DNA from: Oceanispirochaeta sp.
GTDB taxonomy: Bacteria; Spirochaetota; Spirochaetia; DSM-2461
Direction of reading: 5' to 3'
Assembly: GCA_963666275.2 (NCBI GenBank)
Contig: CAXXOA010000002.1
Coordinates: 1,568,001-1,632,000 of the forward strand
DNA length: 64,000 bases
Part shown: piece by piece, positions 9,067 through 17,765 of the stretch
Numbering within the stretch: position 1 is the stretch's first letter
Layout of the letters: each line of letters starts with the position of its first letter
Translations under genes and position numbers: made by a program
The notes under the pieces: model-generated
Told to the model about the DNA's origin: nothing
The model's input: only the letters and a program-made list of their open reading frames with translations
The model's database searches: none

Positions 9067-11215
9067 AGTCCATCAGTTCCCGGAAGAGGCTGTTTTCCGA
9101 AATCTCAGGATCTGTCAGTCCGAAATGACCGGCCAGTTCGGGGATTTCCCTGTACAGAATTCCCCGGTCTCCCGATTGCCTCAATGAGGCTTTTTCAAGA
9201 AGGGCCAGGAAGAACTGTCCCTCTTCGGGGGATATCTGCAGCAGCTCCTGATAGCTGTTCCCCCGGAAGATCAGAGTATCCTCTTCCAGTTCCGGGAGGC
9301 TTTCTATCCAGACAATCCGGGAGTTATCCCGAAGGTCAATTTCAAAGGGGACATTGATCATCCGGGAAACAGCGTGACGTTTCACTGAGGGGCGGGGAGT
9401 TTTAAAGGTGAACCACTCTTTCAGGGGGATATGGAATCCCCGGTTGTTCATGTAGTTGAACAGGGAGGTTTTCAGCCCCTCCCCGAAGGCGGAAAGATCG
9501 GGCCCTTCCTGATGGAAGAGGAGATCATTCCGTGTAAACTCGCTCTCTTCGGGACTGTCAATGGTAATGCCGAACGCTTCGGGGTTCAGACCCGCCGGAC
9601 TGTGGGCCGTCAGGGCAAACTGATGCCAGAATCCCGACTGGATCAGACGGGAGGCAAACATCTGTCTCACCGTATCCAGGGCATTGATCAGCTCCTGGGG
9701 AGTCTGCCCGGGAAATCCGTACATCAGATAGGTGTGGACCATGATCCCCGCCTCCCGGAAGGCCCGGGCCACCTGGACAACCTGTTCAACCGTGACTCCC
9801 TTGTCCATCAGCTCCAGAAGCCGGTCCGAGGCGACTTCCATCCCTCCCGAGACGGCGATACAGCCCGAGCGGGCCAGGAGGCGGCAGAGGTCCGGTGTAA
9901 ACTGCTTCTCAAAGCGTATATTGGTCCACCAGGTGACTGAAACTCCCCGGGAGATCAGTTCAATAGCCAGCTCTTTCAGGAGCCTGGGAGGGGCCGCCTC
10001 GTCGACAAAGTGGAAACTCCTCCTTCCGGTCTGTTCAATCAGATCTGTCATCTGATCCACCAGATCCCGGGGATTGCCCGGATCGTAGTGTTCTATATAA
10101 TCCAGAGAGGTGTCGCAGAAGGCGCAGCGGTGCCAGTAACAGCCATGGGCCAGGATCATTTTGATCCAGGGGCCTTCGCTCCAGAGTCTGTGCATCGGGT
10201 TCTGACGGTCCGTCAGGGAGAGATAGCTGTCCAGGGGAAGATCCGAATAGTCGGGGGCGGGACGGTTTTTGTGAACACAGCGGGATTCTCCCTTGTTGAA
10301 GTAGAATCCTCCGTCCATGATGAAGTAGGTTCTTACCAGGCTGTCGTAGTCGAATTCTTCTCCCTTCTTCTTTCTTTCCAGCTGATTCACAAGAGCCCCC
10401 ATGGCATCTTCCCCGTCGTCCAGGGTTATGTAGTGAAAGTAATCCATCAGCCGGGGATCCTGAAGACTGCGCAGTTCGGTGTTCACATAGCCCCCGCCGG
10501 CGCAGACTGTGACAGACGGATGCAGCTGCCGGATATACTGGGCCCCCCGGAGGGCCTGGAAAAGATTGCCCGGAAAAGGGATGGAAAATCCCACAAGTTC
10601 CGGTTCGAAATCGTCCATATGGTATTTCAGTATCAGCCGGTGGTAGTCGTCTATCAGGCCGTTTTCTGTTTCCAGCCGGAAGGAGAGTTCGTCAAAAGAG
10701 GGGGGGGACAGGGCTATCCGTTCGGCATACCTGCTGAAACCGAAATCCTCATCCACCGCTCTTGTGATATAGTCCCCCAGGTCCTCCAGAAAAAGGGTGC
10801 TCCGGAAACGGGCCAGATCTGTGATTCCCATGGCGCCGAAGGCATCCTCCTGAGGGATGTTATGGATGAATCTTTCCCCTTCGGGCAGGTAGCCCGGTCT
10901 GGCAAGCAGAGTGGCCAGTCCGTTATCGCCCCCCTGCAGAAAGGTCACCACAGGATCGATAGCTTCAATGTACCTGTCTTTGAGGATCCTCATCCGCCTG
11001 AGGGCGTCTGGCTCCTGTTCCGGGCTCAGTCCGGAGGGGTGGTCGAACACATCGGCTATTCCGTTGCGGGAGAAGAGGGAGAGGAATACTTCCAGTCCTG
11101 TATCGGCCTGCCGGACCTGATGGCCTTCCCTTGTCAGCCAGGCTTTGAGATAGGCCGTGGCGGGGTAGGGGGTATTGAGCTGGCAGAAAGGCGGGGTTAT
11201 CAGTAGTATTTTCAT
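9047..11215 (-). CDS. B12-binding radical SAM protein
   Basis: N-terminal LLITPPF...PYPATAYLK cobalamin-domain start; GCYWHRCAFC (CX3CX2C); FVDEA; GGMEVAS. Confidence 0.88.
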   Translation of the reverse strand: MKILLITPPFCQLNTPYPATAYLKAWLTREGHQVRQADTGLEVFLSLFSRNGIADVFDHPSGLSPEQEPDALRRMRILKDRYIEAIDPVVTFLQGGDNGLATLLARPGYLPEGERFIHNIPQEDAFGAMGITDLARFRSTLFLEDLGDYITRAVDEDFGFSRYAERIALSPPSFDELSFRLETENGLIDDYHRLILKYHMDDFEPELVGFSIPFPGNLFQALRGAQYIRQLHPSVTVCAGGGYVNTELRSLQDPRLMDYFHYITLDDGEDAMGALVNQLERKKKGEEFDYDSLVRTYFIMDGGFYFNKGESRCVHKNRPAPDYSDLPLDSYLSLTDRQNPMHRLWSEGPWIKMILAHGCYWHRCAFCDTSLDYIEHYDPGNPRDLVDQMTDLIEQTGRRSFHFVDEAAPPRLLKELAIELISRGVSVTWWTNIRFEKQFTPDLCRLLARSGCIAVSGGMEVASDRLLELMDKGVTVEQVVQVARAFREAGIMVHTYLMYGFPGQTPQELINALDTVRQMFASRLIQSGFWHQFALTAHSPAGLNPEAFGITIDSPEESEFTRNDLLFHQEGPDLSAFGEGLKTSLFNYMNNRGFHIPLKEWFTFKTPRPSVKRHAVSRMINVPFEIDLRDNSRIVWIESLPELEEDTLIFRGNSYQELLQISPEEGQFFLALLEKASLRQSGDRGILYREIPELAGHFGLTDPEISENSLFRELMDYGLLIL

Positions 11216-11220
11216 AAGTG

Positions 11221-11724
11221 TTATCTGTTGAAGACGAATCCGGCTCCTATCCTGTGATTCATTCCGTCCTGGAATACCATCATATACTGGACGTAGGCAA
11301 ACAGGAGGTTCAATCGCAGACCGGTTGTAAAACCTCTTCGTCTTGTGAGGGATTCCTTTTCTATAATGATATTCTCCATGTCTATACCTGCCAGAGCTGT
11401 CACAGTGAGCAGGTTCAGTGCCTGGAGTTTGAAGTAGGCTTTGGGAATGTGCTGGTTAATGGCTACATTATAGCCTGCCAGGTCCTCATCAAAAGACCAG
11501 TCTCTGGCAAACTCATATTCCGCCCCCAGGCTCATGCCGGGAAGAAAGGCATAACCGATTCCTCCGTAGAGGGCGAAACCGGCAGGGAAGTCAGGATGAT
11601 GCTCTTCACCGCTTGTGAAATAGCCATTGTAGCCGCCTCCCAGATGAAAGTCTGGACTTCCGGCAGGCAGGAGTGTGAGCCCCGTCAGAATCATAAGCGC
11701 CGGTATCAGAATCAATCGCTTCAT
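11221..11724 (-). CDS. Hypothetical protein, probable small outer-membrane beta-barrel
   Basis: Signal peptide; alternating Gly/aromatic beta-strand pattern; C-terminal RIGAGFVF. Confidence 0.6.
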   Translation of the reverse strand: MKRLILIPALMILTGLTLLPAGSPDFHLGGGYNGYFTSGEEHHPDFPAGFALYGGIGYAFLPGMSLGAEYEFARDWSFDEDLAGYNVAINQHIPKAYFKLQALNLLTVTALAGIDMENIIIEKESLTRRRGFTTGLRLNLLFAYVQYMMVFQDGMNHRIGAGFVFNR

Positions 11725-11764
11725 TTTTCCATCCTCTCCCTTTCCGCAGGGCTTACCCCGGTTC

Positions 11765-13030
11765 TCAGTCTGATCCGGCTATGCTCTGCATTTTTCTCTG
11801 ATAATTATAAATCATATCCTCTTCAAATGCTTCGTTGCTGGGATACTCCCTTCCGAAAACGCGGCTCCAGAGTGAGGGATCCTCCATGCAGAGATAGAAG
11901 AAGACTTTCCCGTGCCAGGGCGAGAAGGTCCTGTAGGCCCTCTGAAAAAGTTCCTCTTTTATGGAAAGGGGATAGGACCACTTGCCGGCAGCCTCCTCCA
12001 GAGGCATCTGCAGGATCTTGCTTCTTATAGGCCTTTTCCGCAGCAGTTTGAGAACAGGTTTTATATAGGTCAGAGTGCCGAAAGAGACGGTGACAACCTC
12101 TTCGGGAGAGAACATCTCAGTGACTCTTTCAATCACCCGGGTGTACTCCTCCTCCCAGCCCTTATACCAGACCATGGGATGAAAGTGGAATCCCACAGGA
12201 ATCTTCCTGTCTGCAGTTCTCCGGGCGGCTTCCAGACGCCTTTCCAGCGAGGCTGTCAGCCTTTCTTCCGACTCGATAATGGTCGGCGCATTGAGCGACC
12301 AGGTGGCCAGCACATTCGGGGGCACCGGAAGATTCAGGAACTCCCCCACATTGTCTGATTTGGTTTTCAGTTCCAGTACAACATTCGGGTTGTCCGCAGC
12401 AAAGGCCATCAGATCTTCCAGAACACCCTCCCGGTTGCCCCACATCAGAGAGTCCGATGACTGGCCCGTCCCTATATGCCAGGATTTTTCAGGATCCAGT
12501 TCCAGATTCCGGAGTTTCTCTTTCAGTTCGCTGTGAAAGAGAATCCGGTTATCATGATAGAAAGACTGGATGGAGCAGTAGGAGCAGTCAAAGCCGCAGT
12601 TGATCACTGCATCCAGGGTTTTCAGATTGCAGCAGCGGGTTTTGACCGATGCCACCGGGCACTCTCCCAGGATGGTCCGGCTGTCGCTGAGAGCCTGAAA
12701 TCCCGGGGCTTTCCTCTGTATTTTTTCCGGATGAAAACCACTGTAGTCCTTGGGGGTTTCCTTCAGGACGTCCCATTGCTTTCTCATCTGTCTGAAGAGC
12801 TTGTCCTTATCCTGTTTTTTTCCGGGTTCTTCTACATGCTGATCCTGCCAGAGGTCCTGAAGGAGTCCCTCATCCCAGGTTTCCAGGTCTCTGGCAATCC
12901 TTATGAGGATACGCATTTCCTGATAGCTGAACTGCCAGCGGCTATCCAGATTTTCAAGGAATTTTCTATTGGATTCTGACAGCAGGAGGTATTCCCCGTC
13001 GCTGCCGAATTGTGTTAGTTTAGGTGACAT
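11765..13030 (-). CDS. Spore photoproduct lyase-family radical SAM protein
   Basis: NCGFDCSYC motif, GTGQSSDSL, ELKTKS, WSLN, HFHPM, YLCME. Confidence 0.82.
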   Translation of the reverse strand: MSPKLTQFGSDGEYLLLSESNRKFLENLDSRWQFSYQEMRILIRIARDLETWDEGLLQDLWQDQHVEEPGKKQDKDKLFRQMRKQWDVLKETPKDYSGFHPEKIQRKAPGFQALSDSRTILGECPVASVKTRCCNLKTLDAVINCGFDCSYCSIQSFYHDNRILFHSELKEKLRNLELDPEKSWHIGTGQSSDSLMWGNREGVLEDLMAFAADNPNVVLELKTKSDNVGEFLNLPVPPNVLATWSLNAPTIIESEERLTASLERRLEAARRTADRKIPVGFHFHPMVWYKGWEEEYTRVIERVTEMFSPEEVVTVSFGTLTYIKPVLKLLRKRPIRSKILQMPLEEAAGKWSYPLSIKEELFQRAYRTFSPWHGKVFFYLCMEDPSLWSRVFGREYPSNEAFEEDMIYNYQRKMQSIAGSD

Positions 13031-13063
13031 AATTACAAATAATACTATAGGAAAGCCTATCTA

Positions 13064-13429
13064 ATGAAAATACGTCGATACGATGTCCTGGCAATCATTC
13101 TTTCTCTGGCCGTTTTTCTGGGATTTACCCTTTACGGCATGAAGTTCCGGGAAGAGACAGGATACCTTCTTGTTGAAGATGCGGAGTCTCAGTATCTCTA
13201 TCCTCTATCGGAAGATAGAACCATAACCATGACCGGCCCCGTCGGTGAGACCGTTATTGAAATCCATGACGGGGAAGCCCATTTTCTCAGCTCCGACTGT
13301 CCTGACGGACTCTGTGTCCAGATGGCGCCCATCGCCGAGGCGGGAGACTGGGCGGCCTGCCTGCCCAATCAGGTGTTTATTACAACAAGCGGCGGAGCAT
13401 CGAAGGGGGTAGACGCAGGTGTTTACTGA
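13064..13429 (+). CDS. NusG domain II-containing membrane-anchored protein
   Basis: N-terminal TM helix; SDCPDGLCV...ACLPNQV motif. Confidence 0.88.
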   Translation: MKIRRYDVLAIILSLAVFLGFTLYGMKFREETGYLLVEDAESQYLYPLSEDRTITMTGPVGETVIEIHDGEAHFLSSDCPDGLCVQMAPIAEAGDWAACLPNQVFITTSGGASKGVDAGVY

Positions 13430-13979
13430 AAAACAGCTTAACAGATTAGCCATACTGGGGGCATTGAGCCTCTTCCTTTCCACGGTGGAATACCTTTTTC
13501 CCCGGCCCATTCCCTTTATGAGGCTGGGCCTGGCAAACCTTCCTGTGATCCTCTGTCTGGATATTCTGGAAGATAAAAAGAAGGGGGTTCCGGGAATTCC
13601 CATGGCGGGATACTTCCTTCTGATCCTGCTGAAAGTTCTGGGGCAGGGAATGGTGAATGGAACCATGGCTTCCTATGTATTCCTTTTCTCCCTGGTAGGG
13701 TCCTTTTCAAGCGGTCTGATCATGCTGGGGGCCTGGCGCTTTCTCCGTCCGGGCATTACCTTTCTGGGCATCAGCGTTCTGGGAGCTCTGATCAGCAATA
13801 TGTCTCAGATCACCCTGTCCATTGTTTTCATCTTCGGTCCTTCCGCCTGGCGGATCCTGCCCCTGTTTCTGGGCATAGGATTGGGATCGGGCGTTCTGAT
13901 CGGCCTTTTCGCCCAGAGGTTTTCCGAAAAATCCCTCTGGTGGGGACAGGTGAAAGAATCCCAGCGGGAGGTCCAGTAA
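13419..13979 (+). CDS. Gx transporter family membrane protein (often annotated heptaprenyl diphosphate synthase component I)
   Basis: EYLFPRPIPFMRLGLAN motif; follows the NusG-II gene as is typical for this family. Confidence 0.85.
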   Translation: MFTEKQLNRLAILGALSLFLSTVEYLFPRPIPFMRLGLANLPVILCLDILEDKKKGVPGIPMAGYFLLILLKVLGQGMVNGTMASYVFLFSLVGSFSSGLIMLGAWRFLRPGITFLGISVLGALISNMSQITLSIVFIFGPSAWRILPLFLGIGLGSGVLIGLFAQRFSEKSLWWGQVKESQREVQ

Positions 13980-14620
13980 TGAAGCAGAAAGCAAGACGCA
14001 AACGAACCGATCATCTGGCAAAGATCCTTCCTCCCACAGTCCGTTTCTGGACGGGGATCTCACTGATTCCCGGGTACTTTCTGGTGGATCAGATCCTGCA
14101 GAAATTCATACTTGTCATCCTCTTTGCCTTCATTGCCAAACAGGCGGGGAAAAAGATCCGGTACATGTACTTTACCATGATGATTCTTTCCATTACGGTG
14201 TTTCATCTCCTCTCTCCCATGGGAAGACTTCTTATGGAGATCGGTCCTTTTAAGATTACTTCGGGGGCTCTGGAAACGGGATTCCTCAAGGGAATCACTC
14301 TGGGAGGGCTTGTGTTTCTCTCCCTCTTTTCCGTTACCCCCTCGCTGAAGCTGCCCGGCCGCCTGGGCGGACTTCTGGCCCATATGTTCTACTACTTTGA
14401 AGAGATTCTGGACGGCCGGAAACGGGTGAAAGCCAGTGATTTTATAGGGAGCCTTGATACGATCCTGATGGATATCTTTCCTCCCTCTGATACGGCTGCT
14501 CCGGAAGAAGCCGCCCCGTCGGAAGAGGAGAGTACAAGGTCCTATCCTTTTATGATTCCCTATATCCTTCTTATGGAGTTTCTGGTCTGGGGAGCCGTTT
14601 TCTGGGCTTTTCGGGGCTGA
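13979..14620 (+). CDS. Membrane protein, ECF transporter T-component-like
   Basis: TAATG coupling to the Gx gene; multi-TM; PMGRLL...GPFKITSGALETG resembles EcfT proteins. Confidence 0.55.
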   Translation: MKQKARRKRTDHLAKILPPTVRFWTGISLIPGYFLVDQILQKFILVILFAFIAKQAGKKIRYMYFTMMILSITVFHLLSPMGRLLMEIGPFKITSGALETGFLKGITLGGLVFLSLFSVTPSLKLPGRLGGLLAHMFYYFEEILDGRKRVKASDFIGSLDTILMDIFPPSDTAAPEEAAPSEEESTRSYPFMIPYILLMEFLVWGAVFWAFRG

Positions 14621-15228
14621 TCTACCGGGATGAGGCTCTTCTGATAACGGAAAAGCCTGCAGAGCTCCTCTGCGTTCCCGGAAAAGGGCCGGATAAGGCG
14701 GACTGCCTCTATTCCCGGCTCGGGGAGGCTTTTCCTGAGGTTCTGGTGGTCCACCGTCTGGACCAGTCTACTTCGGGACTGATGGTCTGGGCTCTGACAA
14801 AAGAGGCGCAGCGGGAGCTGGGCCGGCAGTTTGAAAACCGTATCGTCAGCAAGACCTATGAAGCCCTGATTGAAGGGGTTCCCGGAGATCCCTCCGGTGA
14901 GATCTGCCTGAAACAGAGGCTGGATGTGGAAAACCGTCCACGTCAGATCGTTGATTCTCTGCAGGGAAAAGAGGGCCGCACCTCCTGGGAAGTTCTGGAA
15001 ACCCTGCCCGGCGGGATCAGCCGGATCCGGCTCAAACCCCATACAGGCAGAACCCATCAGCTCAGGCTTCATATGGCTTATCTGGGAACTCCCATCGTGG
15101 GAGACCGGCTTTACGGCAACGGGGATACCTCCCGATACGGCCGTATGTGCCTCCATGCCTCCACTCTGAAATTTACCCATCCTCTCAGCGGGGAACCCGT
15201 GGAGTTTTCTTCGCCTGTGCCGTTTTAA
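14602..15228 (+). CDS. rluA: RluA-family pseudouridine synthase (start codon non-canonical and uncertain)
   Basis: HRLDQSTSGLM, KTYEAL, TGRTHQLRLHM, GTPIVGDRLYG, LHA. The conserved N-terminus LIYRDEALLITEKPAELLCVPG is in frame from 14617, with no ATG/GTG/TTG between the stop at 14488-14490 and 14746. Confidence 0.85.
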   Translation: MGFSGLIYRDEALLITEKPAELLCVPGKGPDKADCLYSRLGEAFPEVLVVHRLDQSTSGLMVWALTKEAQRELGRQFENRIVSKTYEALIEGVPGDPSGEICLKQRLDVENRPRQIVDSLQGKEGRTSWEVLETLPGGISRIRLKPHTGRTHQLRLHMAYLGTPIVGDRLYGNGDTSRYGRMCLHASTLKFTHPLSGEPVEFSSPVPF

Positions 15229-15356
15229 AATTTCAATATGATTTTTCACAAATGACAGCCTCTGCTTACTTTGATATTAATAATCATTTGATAATATTAG
15301 AAGTGTCTTTTGCACAATATGTTTAATATGAGTTAAAGGGCAAAATGGGTTTAAAA

Positions 15357-15385
15357 TAGACGTGGAAGAAAGGACCTGATATAAT
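15357..15385 (+). promoter_or_regulatory. Extended -10 promoter, likely leaderless transcript of the DUF4160 gene
   Basis: TAGACG, N17, TATAAT (15380-15385) with TG at 15377-15378; ATG 6 nt downstream; no SD. Confidence 0.6.
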
Positions 15386-15391
15386 CTAAGT

Positions 15392-15658
15392 ATGCCAACG
15401 CTTTCAATGTTTTTTGGGATTGTAATCCGAATGTATCTCGGCAAAAGGGAGCATAATCCTCCACATTTTCATGCTTATTATCAGGATTTCAAAGGAATCT
15501 TTGATATTCACAATTGTGAACTGGTAGAAGGGAATCTCCCTAAGAGGCAAATAAAACTTATTGAAGCCTGGGCAGAATTGCACAAGGAAGAATTAATTGC
15601 TGATTGGGAACTGGCACAGAATGGTGAAATTCCCTATAAGATTGATCCATTAAGATAA
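15392..15658 (+). CDS. DUF4160 family protein (putative TA component)
   Basis: MPTLSMFFGIVIRMY...EHNPPHFHA...WAELHKEELIADW. Confidence 0.88.
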   Translation: MPTLSMFFGIVIRMYLGKREHNPPHFHAYYQDFKGIFDIHNCELVEGNLPKRQIKLIEAWAELHKEELIADWELAQNGEIPYKIDPLR

Positions 15659-15668
15659 GGAGGAGCAA

Positions 15669-15923
15669 ATGTATCAGGGCGTTAAGGATGTTAAACCCCT
15701 TTCAAATTACAGATTACTACTCACTTTTGAAAATGATGAAAAACGTTATTTTGATGTTTCACCTTATCTTGATTTAGGAATTTTTTCAGAATTACGGAAC
15801 CTATCAATTTTCAATGCAGTCGCTGTAAAATTCGATACAATCGAATGGCCCAATGGAGCAGATTTAGACCCAGAAGTGCTTTATCGTGAAAGCTCTATCG
15901 ACGCACCACAATTCATTGTTTAA
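15669..15923 (+). CDS. DUF2442 family protein (putative antitoxin partner)
   Basis: VKPLSNYRLLLTFEND...TIEWPNGADLDPEVLY; canonical neighbour of DUF4160. Confidence 0.88.
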   Translation: MYQGVKDVKPLSNYRLLLTFENDEKRYFDVSPYLDLGIFSELRNLSIFNAVAVKFDTIEWPNGADLDPEVLYRESSIDAPQFIV

Positions 15924-16005
15924 CAGCAAATGTGAGCAACCCCTTCGTCTTGAGATTCGCCACATCCAATAGGCTGGACTTCACAACTTATACTGAACTT
16001 AAGAG
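15918..16005 (+). repeat. Degenerate attC-like element 1
   Basis: RYYYAAC (GTTTAAC) contains the DUF2442 stop; partial pairing AAATGTGAG/CTTCACAACTT; ends TGAAC-TTAAGAG, i.e. a GTTRRR box missing its G. Confidence 0.3.
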
Positions 16006-16026
16006 GAAATCTCCAATGAGGGATTT

Positions 16027-16524
16027 ATGCTGAAAATTGAAAAGTTTAAACAACAGGATATTTCAACTTTATTGATATGGTTGGAAGGCACTGATAACAG
16101 ATTCCTTTATCTGTTTGCAGGGCCGAAATATCAATTTCCGCTAACAGAACAGCAACTATTAGAAACCATAGAATCAGATGAAATCTTGCCTTTCAAATTT
16201 ATGGATTCGGAAACTGGTGAGATTCTTGGACATTGCCAGATTATGAGGATAGATTTCCAGCAGCATTCAGCATCCCTCGGGCGGATTTTAATTAATCCTG
16301 ACTGCAGAGGCAGAGGTTTGGGAGCCAGGATGCTAAACGAGATAACAGGTTATGCGAAGAAAGTTCTGAATCTGAAAAAGCTCAGTTTAAGAGTCTATGA
16401 TTTTAATCAAACAGCTATAAAATGTTATAAGAACATTGGATTTATTGAAACCGGAACTGAATTTCTTGAGATGGAAGCATTTGATGAAGTCTGGAAGTGT
16501 ATTTCAATGGAATATACCATCTGA
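16027..16524 (+). CDS. GNAT N-acetyltransferase (RimJ/RimL-like)
   Basis: GRILINPDCRGRGLG; NQTAIKCYKNIGF. Confidence 0.88.
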   Translation: MLKIEKFKQQDISTLLIWLEGTDNRFLYLFAGPKYQFPLTEQQLLETIESDEILPFKFMDSETGEILGHCQIMRIDFQQHSASLGRILINPDCRGRGLGARMLNEITGYAKKVLNLKKLSLRVYDFNQTAIKCYKNIGFIETGTEFLEMEAFDEVWKCISMEYTI

Positions 16525-16546
16525 TACATACCTCATCGGTTTCTTG

Positions 16547-16628
16547 CATTAACAGTGAATACGGATCTGCATTTTGCTGCTCCCCAATTTTTCAGTCAGC
16601 TTCGTCCATTCACAAAACGCGAAGCTGA
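16547..16628 (+). repeat. Degenerate attC-like element 2, overlapped by a hairpin
   Basis: TAACA-GTGAAT-ACG...CGT-CC-ATTCAC-AAAAC-G (nested inverted repeats), with GCG where GTT is expected; overlapping hairpin TCAGCTTCG/CGAAGCTGA. Confidence 0.35.
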
Positions 16629-16670
16629 TATGTGAGTTATTATGAAGTATCATTGATAGGGGAGACGTAA

Positions 16671-16907
16671 ATGAAAACAATGACCTGCAGACAGCTTGGT
16701 GGAGCCTGTGATAGGAAGTTTCAGGCAAATTCTTTTAATGAAATTGCTGAGATGAGTAAAACTCATGGAATGGAGATGTTTCAGAAAGGAGATGAAGCTC
16801 ATCTGAAAGCAATGGATGCAATGAAAACCATGATGGAGCAGCCACAGAAAATGCAGGAGTGGTTTGATCTGAAGAAAAAAGAATTCGAAGCCTTGCCGGA
16901 AGATTGA
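16671..16907 (+). CDS. DUF1059-like small metal-binding protein
   Basis: MKTMTCRQLGGACD...SKTHG pattern; GGGGAG RBS. Confidence 0.75.
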   Translation: MKTMTCRQLGGACDRKFQANSFNEIAEMSKTHGMEMFQKGDEAHLKAMDAMKTMMEQPQKMQEWFDLKKKEFEALPED

Positions 16908-17153
16908 GTAAAACTATCTGTCTTGTTGAAGGCTGCTGAAAACGACAGGTTCGAATCTCTTGATTAATTCGGATAATATTTTATTTTCTGAATCAGATCA
17001 TAATATAAAATAAGGATAAGTTTTTATCTCACAAACGGCTTCTTTCAGCAACTATTTACTTAGCCTTCGGATTGTACTTAATCTCACGGACATTGTTTCT
17101 CAGGCATTATCACGCATTTTTAAAATGCCAGGTGTCTTGTATATGTATTACTA

Positions 17154-17188
17154 TTGCTTTGCTGTTATACTAAAGTTATACTTATAGT
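17154..17188 (+). promoter_or_regulatory. chpIK promoter with putative antitoxin operator repeats, leaderless
   Basis: TTGCTT (17154-59), N17, TATACT (17177-82), N6, ATG. GTTATACT direct repeat at 17164 and 17175 (11-bp period). Confidence 0.65.
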
Positions 17189-17431
17189 ATGAAAACGGCT
17201 ATTTCAATTCCAGACAATCTATTTAAAGATGCGGAAATCACTGCAAAACAGTTAGGTTTGGCCAGAAGCCAGCTCTATGTAAAAGCGATAAAAGAATTTA
17301 TTGAACATCACAATAAAGATCATATTACTGAAAAGTTAAACTCTCTCTATTCCGAGGAAAGTAACCTGGAAGAAATTCACGACATGGGAATAGAATCCTT
17401 GAGAGAGGCAACGAAAAATGATTCGTGGTGA
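17189..17431 (+). CDS. chpI: ChpI-type ribbon-helix-helix antitoxin
   Basis: MKTAISIPDNLF...GLARSQLYVKAIKEFI...ITEKLN; overlaps the toxin gene. Confidence 0.85.
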   Translation: MKTAISIPDNLFKDAEITAKQLGLARSQLYVKAIKEFIEHHNKDHITEKLNSLYSEESNLEEIHDMGIESLREATKNDSW

Positions 17432-17759
17432 ACTCTGGTGGGCTGATCTGGGTATTCCTTTCGGTAGTGAACCCGGATTTAAAAGGCCCGTTGTTATTGT
17501 ACAGGATGATGCGTTTAACCGGAGTCAAATTCAGACAGTAATCGTTGTATCAATAACAACAAACATGAATTTGGCTGATGCACCCGGGAATGTCTATCTC
17601 GAAAAAGAAGAATCCGGATTACCAAAAGAGGGAGTCGTCAATATTTCTCAGCTTTCAACGATAGATAAAAGAAGACTTGTTGAGCGGATCAGTATTTTAC
17701 CGCCAGGCATTATGTCTGAAGTGGATTTTGGATTACGATTGGTCTTAAACACTCTTTAA
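17418..17759 (+). CDS. chpK: PemK/MazF-family endoribonuclease toxin (ChpK-like)
   Basis: RGELWWADLG...GSEPGFKRPVVIVQDDAFN...SQLSTIDKRRL. Confidence 0.9.
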   Translation: MIRGELWWADLGIPFGSEPGFKRPVVIVQDDAFNRSQIQTVIVVSITTNMNLADAPGNVYLEKEESGLPKEGVVNISQLSTIDKRRLVERISILPPGIMSEVDFGLRLVLNTL

Positions 17760-17765
17760 TATCGA

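Noticed and set aside
10010..11206. 398-aa + strand ORF (similarly 3246-4187, 21439-22485, 56097-56984)
   Set aside because: Antisense to clear genes; typical shadow ORFs with no family signal.
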